From the IMG/VR virus record IMGVR_UViG_2802429241_000004: a stretch of 33,994 nucleotides of DNA; one strand, written 5' to 3'. The stretch comes from a virus (lineage: Duplodnaviria; Heunggongvirae; Uroviricota; Caudoviricetes). Position numbers and translations under genes: made by a program. The notes under the pieces were generated by a model. That model did not search any database and was not told the origin of the DNA. It worked only from the letters and a program-made list of their open reading frames with translations. Positions 27,814 to 33,994 of the stretch are shown one piece after another (the stretch's first letter is position 1; each line of letters opens with the position of its first letter).

Positions 27814-28126
27814 AATACCCATACGCTATACCGCTTGAATCAGAGACTCCTGTCGCTGACAGAGGCGTTGCGCGGGGTAAATGTTAGAAAGCATTAGCTT
27901 TCCACGGGCAATAAATACCCAATTGATGGCGATTTATCTCACTAACTAACCAATGATTGAATCATACCAAGTAAACCGTTGTATTTGATCTCTCCTTATA
28001 TAATTTTTTGTTATTAATCAATATAAATAAATAACAAAAAGAAATATAGCTAATTTTCATCCGTCTCATCACAATAAATATCAACAAATCAAGAATATCG
28101 TTTGATTATCTAGTCTTTCCAATTCA

Positions 28127-30415
28127 TTAAAATAAAAACAATGCTTCATCTTCAATTCCCGGCCAAACATCAGCAACCGGATACATGAATTTTTTCCCGT
28201 CATAATTTACGGTCGCGCCACGCGCCAGCGCCTCAAGCTCCCATCGCTGAGGGCTGATACCGTTCTGAGCAAGGTCAACGCGGATACGGGTAATTTGCAT
28301 TCGTTCCGACCTGGTCAGCCTGGCTGATGGCGCTATTTCATGCGGTTTTAACGGGCTTCCGTCTCTTTGCTGACGGTTTGGTGTTCTCAGTCCGTGTTTT
28401 AATGCACCCCTGAGCGCCCTCACGACCTCCGGGTCACTCCATTCGATGACACCGTCATCAACCAGATTAAGCACTGCTGCGGCGTGTTCAGAAGGCGTGG
28501 GAGCCGGTGACGAAGTATCACCACCGGTGAGCTTTCCACAGTTATTGACAGGACTCCGAGGCGCGGCGATGCCGCTTTTTAAAGTCAAAGGCTCAACGAC
28601 CGGAACTTTCGGCACAATGCGCCAGTCCGTCGTTCTGGTGATATGAATATGACGCGCGCCGAGATGCGGCGCGTAAATGCCGACCACTCTCTCGACTTCT
28701 TCCTCGTACTCGTTCACGTCATCCGACGGGCTACGGGCGACCCTGACAGTCTGACAATCGCGCGGGACATTTGCCCCACCCTGCGCGCTGATATACAGCG
28801 CAAAATCGCCACTGTCTGCGGCGGCGCGTGCAGCCTCCACGCGTTCGTCAAATTCATCAGCAATGCTGACGCCGCGAGGCAATTTACGTAGCTCACGGTA
28901 AGCTCCCATTGTCGGCAGGCCAACCGTTTTAAATTGCGGGATGCGCCACGTTGACGCCCATGCGGTAACAGCCGCCGCAGTATCTTTCAGCGGTCTGCCG
29001 GTATCGTTATCGAGCTGACCATCCAGTGCATAGCCGTCGATATTTTTTGAAATGTATTTCGCGATATATCCCGCAGCACCGCCCCGGTTAAGGTGTTTTG
29101 CCTGAAAACGGTTTCGCGCGGCTCCTCTTTCGTCGCCATCCTCTTTGAGCGCATAGCGACGCATGATTTCGATAATCTGGTTACGCTGGCGTGGATTACA
29201 AAAAAGCATCATATGCCAGTGCGGCGTTCCGTCGTGGTGTGGCTCGACGACTCGCAAACCGTAGACCTGTAAATCATTATCCTTGAATGCCGTGCGCATC
29301 AGGCTCCAGATACGGCAGAGATAACGCTGCGCATCCTTTGGATTAAATGCCTCATCATTCCAGCCGTGATTAAGCTGGACGGTTTTATTTTCGCCTTTTC
29401 CAACCTGACGTGTCGGGTGATACTTTGACGGCGCGGTAAGAGTGATAAACATCCCCACATCACCCTCTGAGGCGGCGTAACGCTCAATACCGGCAATGGT
29501 GTTCATCAGCTCCATCCGGCGAATTTCAGGATTAGAAATACTGCCCATCACCTTACTGATAAGGTCGATGCGCTCGCCGGTTTCCCTGTTTTCAAGGTCA
29601 CACGATTTAAGAAACTCCAGATTTGCCTGGCGGCGCGCACGCACATCACGAATGGCATGTTTACTGGCATAAGGAGAACGGTCTTTATTGACCTCCCCGA
29701 CAGCAATCAGTAACGCCTCATGCCAGCGCATACGCTGGCCTTTAAGCTGATGAGTCCACCACTCATCGTTAAACAGACGGGCAATGGCAGAATATGCCTG
29801 CCTCGTGGTTATCTGTCCTTTACGGTATTTTTTCCAGTAGAGCGGGGAAATATTGAAAGCACGTGCAGCGCCAGCAACATGACCATAGAGGTGAGCCTGC
29901 GCCTCATCCGTAAACAGCGATTCTTTTTCGCCATGCGCATCCACCCAGGCATCGCTGAGTTCCTCATACATCATGAAAAGCTGCGATGAGATACGGGCGG
30001 CAAACTTTTTCAGCTCCTTGTCATTCATTCCCGGCAGGCGCGCATACTGGTCGCGCTCTGCCAGAAACAGCAACGACGCGTCGGTGTTCATTTCATGGCG
30101 CTGATTCACGCGCTCAATGCGCGGCCATAAACGACGCTGAAAAGTGGATGTGAGGAAATAAAACCCGTGCACCGGGCTTTTATTGCGCCGGATGTAGTCA
30201 TAGCGTGAAGTAAACAGCGAACGCAAAAAGTAAGGCAGGCGGTTAATCGTGGATAAAACACCTTGCACCTGACGCATCTCGTCACGTGTAAGGGGTCTTT
30301 CGCGCCCGACGGCCTCGCGTGGCGCGTTCCATGCATAAGCACCGGTAAACGTCTTACCGGTGCCTGCGGCAAATGCTGACGGAGGGACAAAATGCCCGGA
30401 GGCTTTAACGGCCAT
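28127..30415 (-). CDS. A: replication initiation protein A (rolling-circle nickase)
   Basis: Large protein matching P2 gpA in size and position; preferred start MAVKASGHFVPP at 30413-30415 (alternative upstream start 30457). Confidence 0.85.
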   Translation of the reverse strand: MAVKASGHFVPPSAFAAGTGKTFTGAYAWNAPREAVGRERPLTRDEMRQVQGVLSTINRLPYFLRSLFTSRYDYIRRNKSPVHGFYFLTSTFQRRLWPRIERVNQRHEMNTDASLLFLAERDQYARLPGMNDKELKKFAARISSQLFMMYEELSDAWVDAHGEKESLFTDEAQAHLYGHVAGAARAFNISPLYWKKYRKGQITTRQAYSAIARLFNDEWWTHQLKGQRMRWHEALLIAVGEVNKDRSPYASKHAIRDVRARRQANLEFLKSCDLENRETGERIDLISKVMGSISNPEIRRMELMNTIAGIERYAASEGDVGMFITLTAPSKYHPTRQVGKGENKTVQLNHGWNDEAFNPKDAQRYLCRIWSLMRTAFKDNDLQVYGLRVVEPHHDGTPHWHMMLFCNPRQRNQIIEIMRRYALKEDGDERGAARNRFQAKHLNRGGAAGYIAKYISKNIDGYALDGQLDNDTGRPLKDTAAAVTAWASTWRIPQFKTVGLPTMGAYRELRKLPRGVSIADEFDERVEAARAAADSGDFALYISAQGGANVPRDCQTVRVARSPSDDVNEYEEEVERVVGIYAPHLGARHIHITRTTDWRIVPKVPVVEPLTLKSGIAAPRSPVNNCGKLTGGDTSSPAPTPSEHAAAVLNLVDDGVIEWSDPEVVRALRGALKHGLRTPNRQQRDGSPLKPHEIAPSARLTRSERMQITRIRVDLAQNGISPQRWELEALARGATVNYDGKKFMYPVADVWPGIEDEALFLF

Positions 30416-30680
30416 GTGAGCCAAAAGCCTCTGAACAACGCTTGCTGAGTTGCTCAACCTGAGCGTTTAAATCAGCAAAAGATTTTGCGTTTCCGGTCAG
30501 AATATCGTGATGCATCATGCCGGAAACGAGCTGGCTTAATTTCGGGTAATAACCAACCACCGCCAGCCATTCCTGACCGGCGTTTTTACCGCTTTCCGCT
30601 CTTTTTTTCTCGTGGAGAATAAACTGAAAGCTGTCACTGGTAACGACATAACGTTCGCCAATTTCGATACGAATACTCAT
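30405..30680 (-). CDS. P2 orf83-like hypothetical protein (91 aa)
   Basis: Small ORF immediately upstream of A in the early operon. Confidence 0.6.
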   Translation of the reverse strand: MSIRIEIGERYVVTSDSFQFILHEKKRAESGKNAGQEWLAVVGYYPKLSQLVSGMMHHDILTGNAKSFADLNAQVEQLSKRCSEAFGSHGR

Positions 30681-30901
30681 GCCATTCTCCGGTAATGCTT
30701 GTTTTTTGCTTCAAAGACTGACTGGCAGGAAACACAACGCGTGGCTGACGGATAAGCCGCACGACGGGCAGCAGGTATTGGCGCATCACACTCTTCGCAA
30801 ACCAGTGCAGAAGCACAGCAATGTTTTACCCTTGCCGCGTTAATCTGGCGCTCCAGTAATTCAGCCTGTTGTTCCTGAATAAAATCTACGTTGTCCGGCA
30901 T
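30677..30901 (-). CDS. TraR/DksA-type C4 zinc-finger protein (P2 orf82-like)
   Basis: CxxC...CxxC arrangement (CEECDAPIPAARRAAYPSATRCVSCQ). Confidence 0.65.
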   Translation of the reverse strand: MPDNVDFIQEQQAELLERQINAARVKHCCASALVCEECDAPIPAARRAAYPSATRCVSCQSVFEAKNKHYRRMA

Positions 30902-30903
30902 TA

Positions 30904-31206
30904 TCAGCTCCTTTTATCGTTAAGTTTCCTGGATACCTCAGCGCAATAACTGGCGAGTTCTGTCGTTAATTTTGTCAGTTCATCCACTGAGGAAATTTGC
31001 TTGTGGAACACAGCGCGTTTAACAAGTAAATTGACCACATCAGACAGGAGGTTTAATTCATTCTGATAAATCGCGATAACAGATTCAGTTATGTCGCGTT
31101 TTTCTTTATCAAGACAAAGTTGAATAAGAGACAAATCACCATTTTCCATAACGGCGATTTTTAAGGCGTTATTCAGTAATACAACTGAATGAGAACAGGA
31201 CATCAA
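30904..31206 (-). CDS. P2 orf81-like hypothetical protein (100 aa)
   Basis: Small ORF in the early operon between B and A; stop/start overlaps with neighbours. Confidence 0.55.
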   Translation of the reverse strand: MMSCSHSVVLLNNALKIAVMENGDLSLIQLCLDKEKRDITESVIAIYQNELNLLSDVVNLLVKRAVFHKQISSVDELTKLTTELASYCAEVSRKLNDKRS

Positions 31207-31460
31207 AGTACCTCCCCGCGAGACAATCCGATATTGTGAAATTTTTCCGACTCCTGACTGAGCAGCTCGACTATCTCCACGCGGGATAACTCCGCCTTTG
31301 TGATGTGGCGAATCATGGCGTCAAGATGAGAAGAAAAGCGCGTCGCTGCATCGGCCTGTGCTTCGGTTCTGGCCTGTTGCAGCAGTAATTCGTATTTACC
31401 ACACTGATTTTCAGAAACTGTATGCATGACTTTCTCCAGGCAAAAAGAAGCCCCGCACAA
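31203..31460 (-). CDS. P2 orf80-like hypothetical protein (85 aa)
   Basis: Small ORF in the early operon downstream of B. Confidence 0.55.
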   Translation of the reverse strand: MCGASFCLEKVMHTVSENQCGKYELLLQQARTEAQADAATRFSSHLDAMIRHITKAELSRVEIVELLSQESEKFHNIGLSRGEVL

Positions 31461-31490
31461 TTAAGTGCGTTAAAAACTCTGGTTAATTAC

Positions 31491-31991
31491 TTAATGCAGA
31501 TATTGCTCTGGTTTTACCGACGTCAGAATTGTCGGTGCATACTCAAACAGACTGAATAATTCACGTAATGCACGGAATAAAGCATCACGCCAGTAACATG
31601 ATTCTTCATTAATTCGCCAGTACGGCTGATTAAATTCTTTTTCTGTCAATCCGGCGTGCATAAATAAAGTACGACGCTGACTGACTGTTAAAAAACTAAT
31701 ATATGCATACTCACTTGCGCCAACCTGACGGCGTTTTGAGAATGCGCCACGCAATTCATCAATTGCACAAACCAGTCGTTCACGTTCGACGTCGTTCATT
31801 TCTTCAAAACGCATCGTTGCGTGACGCTGTTTTAACTGTGCATGAAAGCAAACCGTTAGCCGTTCGCGCTCCATCATCTGATTATAATAATCACATGTAT
31901 CCTGCCAGCGAGGGACGGCAAGATGCTTGCCAATTATCCGGCGCATAGCTGCTGGCTGTTTTTCAACGAGATTGAGCGTCATCACTGTCAT
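31491..31991 (-). CDS. B: replication protein B (helicase-loader-like), 166 aa
   Basis: Size and position match P2 gpB. Confidence 0.8.
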   Translation of the reverse strand: MTVMTLNLVEKQPAAMRRIIGKHLAVPRWQDTCDYYNQMMERERLTVCFHAQLKQRHATMRFEEMNDVERERLVCAIDELRGAFSKRRQVGASEYAYISFLTVSQRRTLFMHAGLTEKEFNQPYWRINEESCYWRDALFRALRELFSLFEYAPTILTSVKPEQYLH

Positions 31992-32158
31992 TTCCAGACC
32001 CTCCGGCTTTTCAGAAAGGTCAGAGCCTTTTTTAACGGACTCTGTTTTTTGGTGCGGATAATGATTCCCTTGCGTCCCTTCCCGTGGGTGATGGTGAAGT
32101 CAATCGCCCTGGGGCTTTCGTTACGCAATAACTGAGCAATACAACGAGGCTCATTCAT
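31988..32158 (-). CDS. P2 orf78-like small protein (56 aa)
   Basis: ATG at 32156-32158 preceded by an AAGGAG Shine-Dalgarno; lies between cox and B. Confidence 0.5.
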   Translation of the reverse strand: MNEPRCIAQLLRNESPRAIDFTITHGKGRKGIIIRTKKQSPLKKALTFLKSRRVWK

Positions 32159-32168
32159 ACGGTTCTCC

Positions 32169-32444
32169 TTAACGTGGTTCACCGAGACCTAACCACATCA
32201 ACCAGCCGTCACGAATCTCTTTAGGACGGCTTTCATAAGCCAGTTTTAGTCCGTTATTCCATGCCGGAAGGTATACCCAATATTCACCAGCACGCCCCGA
32301 TACTGACTGAGGGTCAGTAATCTCAATAACTGGTAATTTCCCTTTCTCAATCATGCCCCTTACAGCTCTTGGAGTTTTACCAATGAGTTTTGCAAACTCC
32401 TGATAAGGCACAGCATCAGTCACGCTTACAAGCTGTCTATTCAT
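32169..32444 (-). CDS. cox: Cox (excisionase-like regulator, represses Pc), 91 aa
   Basis: 91-aa protein starting MNRQLVSVTDAVPYQEFAKLIGKTPRAVRGMIEKGKLPV, first gene of the early operon divergent from C. Confidence 0.8.
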   Translation of the reverse strand: MNRQLVSVTDAVPYQEFAKLIGKTPRAVRGMIEKGKLPVIEITDPQSVSGRAGEYWVYLPAWNNGLKLAYESRPKEIRDGWLMWLGLGEPR

Positions 32445-32565
32445 CTGCTACGATTCTCCCTTAGTGCTTCTAATGGCTCCTAATGGCTAATTATTGCCTA
32501 AAAGGATAACTCCAGAAGCACAACATTTCACACTATCAGCAAGAAATTACGCAATCGGAGTAATT
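32445..32565. promoter_or_regulatory. divergent Pe/Pc promoter-operator region with tandem direct repeats TAATGGCT (32471-32478 and 32481-32488)
   Basis: Two identical 8-mers spaced 10 bp apart between cox and C; P2-family C repressors bind direct repeats flanking the early promoter -10. Confidence 0.5.
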
Positions 32566-32865
32566 ATGTCAATAGACGTTTCGGAGAAGTTGAAGCTAAT
32601 CCGTGAATCTGAAAGGTTAAACCGTAAAGAATTCAGTGAATTAACTGGTGTAGCCTACAGCTCACTTTCGAGCTATGAGAGCCGGTCAAAAAACGCTGGA
32701 GTTGAAGCCATAATGAAGGTCTTACAACATCCTAGATTTACTAAATATACTTTGTGGTTCATGACTGATCAGGTAGCTCCAGAAGCCGGGCAAATTGCGC
32801 CCGCTCTCGCACACTTTGGGCAAAACGAAACAACGTCGCCCCACTCCGGTCAAAAGACTGGTTAA
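32566..32865 (+). CDS. C: immunity repressor C (99 aa)
   Basis: Start at MSIDVSEKLKLIRESE (ATG 32566, GGAG SD upstream); C-terminal half FTKYTLWFMTDQVAPEAGQIAPALAHFGQNETTSPHSGQKTG resembles the P2 C repressor. Confidence 0.8.
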   Translation: MSIDVSEKLKLIRESERLNRKEFSELTGVAYSSLSSYESRSKNAGVEAIMKVLQHPRFTKYTLWFMTDQVAPEAGQIAPALAHFGQNETTSPHSGQKTG

Positions 32866-32980
32866 CAATTTATCGTGAATATATTCATCACAAGTGCCTA
32901 CTATTGGTGGCTAAATTTCAGCCACCACGAAAAAAGCGATTAGTAGTAGCAAAAAAAAGTACCACTCGGAGGGTTTTCTG

Positions 32981-33994
32981 ATGGCAATCAAAAAACTCGA
33001 TGATGGTCGATATGAAGTGGACATCCGCCCTACTGGACGTAATGGAAAACGCATCCGTAGGAAGTTTGATAAGAAAAGCGAAGCTGTCGCTTTCGAAAAA
33101 TACACGTTGTACAACCACCACAATAAAGAATGGCTATCAAAACCAACAGACAAACGACGTCTGTCGGAACTGACACAGATCTGGTGGGATTTAAAGGGTA
33201 AACACGAAGAGCATGGGAAATCTAATCTTGGAAAAATTGAAATCTTCACAAAAATAACGAATGACCCATGCGCATTTCAAATCACGAAATCCCTTATCAG
33301 CCAGTACTGCGCCACCCGAAGAAGTCAGGGTATTAAACCTTCGAGTATCAATCGTGATTTAACATGTATTAGCGGCATGTTTACAGCCCTGATTGAAGCG
33401 GAGTTATTCTTTGGTGAGCACCCTATCAGAGGGACAAAGAGGCTTAAGGAGGAAAAACCAGAAACAGGCTATCTCACACAGGAAGAAATTGCCTTACTGC
33501 TTGCAGCACTTGACGGCGACAATAAAAAGATTGCGATTCTTTGCCTGAGTACAGGAGCACGTTGGGGAGAAGCAGCTCGTTTGAAAGCAGAAAATATCAT
33601 CCATAACCGCGTCACGTTTGTTAAAACGAAAACAAACAAACCACGCACCGTCCCGATCTCAGAGGCTGTTGCCAAAATGATCGCGGATAACAAACGAGGT
33701 TTTTTATTCCCTGATGCTGATTACCCTCGCTTCAGACGAACAATGAAAGCAATAAAACCGGATTTGCCAACGGGGCAAGCCACACATGCACTAAGGCACA
33801 GCTTCGCCACTCATTTCATGATTAATGGAGGAAGTATTATCACGCTACAACGGATACTAGGTCACACGCGGATTGAGCAAACTATGGTTTACGCTCATTT
33901 TGCGCCAGAGTACCTTCAGGACGCCATTTCTCTTAATCCGCTAAGAGGTGGTACTGAGGCCGAGAGTGTCCACACAGTGTCCACAGTAGAGTAA
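32981..33994 (+). CDS. int: tyrosine integrase (337 aa)
   Basis: Begins MAIKKLDDGRYEVDIRPTGRNGKRIRRKF as P2 Int; catalytic motifs HALRHSFATH and MVYAHF; stop codon is the last triplet of the window. Confidence 0.9.
   Translation: MAIKKLDDGRYEVDIRPTGRNGKRIRRKFDKKSEAVAFEKYTLYNHHNKEWLSKPTDKRRLSELTQIWWDLKGKHEEHGKSNLGKIEIFTKITNDPCAFQITKSLISQYCATRRSQGIKPSSINRDLTCISGMFTALIEAELFFGEHPIRGTKRLKEEKPETGYLTQEEIALLLAALDGDNKKIAILCLSTGARWGEAARLKAENIIHNRVTFVKTKTNKPRTVPISEAVAKMIADNKRGFLFPDADYPRFRRTMKAIKPDLPTGQATHALRHSFATHFMINGGSIITLQRILGHTRIEQTMVYAHFAPEYLQDAISLNPLRGGTEAESVHTVSTVE

Larger units (their letters stand above)
1507..33994. mobile_element. P2-like prophage, attR through integrase; attL lies beyond the 3' end of the window
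   Basis: Complete collinear set of P2 structural, lysis, packaging, replication and lysogeny genes; cos site at 25122-25140; integrase ORF ends at the last base of the window. Confidence 0.9.

Noticed and set aside
27685-27822. N-terminal extension making the small ORF 97 aa instead of 51 aa
   Set aside because: The strong AAGGAG SD sits before the internal ATG at 27684, and the extension would run through the 11-bp hairpin; the 51-aa form is preferred, but this remains uncertain.
27646-27897. 83-aa plus-strand ORF in the region upstream of the RT operon
   Set aside because: Opposite strand to the operon, overlaps the structured segment and the SD-led small ORF, and has no ribosome-binding site; more likely non-coding.
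28021-28126. Very AT-rich 100-bp stretch after the A stop as a possible replication origin or separate element
   Set aside because: The P2 origin lies inside the A coding region; this stretch is more simply the promoter-proximal edge of the cargo island.

Overview
This window is the right-hand ~32.5 kb of a P2-like (Peduovirus-type) prophage inserted at the 3' end of the cyaR sRNA gene, just downstream of the host gene yegQ (1..1362). Reading the minus strand from high to low coordinates gives the canonical P2 order: int, C, cox, B, orf80-83, A, an accessory island, cos, Q, P, O N M L X Y K lysA lysB lysC R S V W J I H G, a second accessory island, FI FII E/E' T U D ogr, then attR. All calls rest on reading the supplied ORF translations and on recalled P2 gene order and sequences; no database search was run. 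Two AT-rich cargo islands sit at the positions of the two known P2 variable loci. The island at the tin/old position (25.1-28.1 kb) carries a minus-strand operon of a 51-aa ORF, an XRE-type HTH protein, a 316-aa retron-type reverse transcriptase (NAxxH, YVDD and VTG motifs) and a 266-aa tail-anchored membrane protein; its expected msr/msd ncRNA could not be placed confidently. The island at the Z/fun position (8.2-10.1 kb) carries a single membrane-anchored protein of about 360 aa with no recognisable enzymatic motif. These two islands are the best candidates for an anti-phage or superinfection-exclusion system, the second possibly undescribed.
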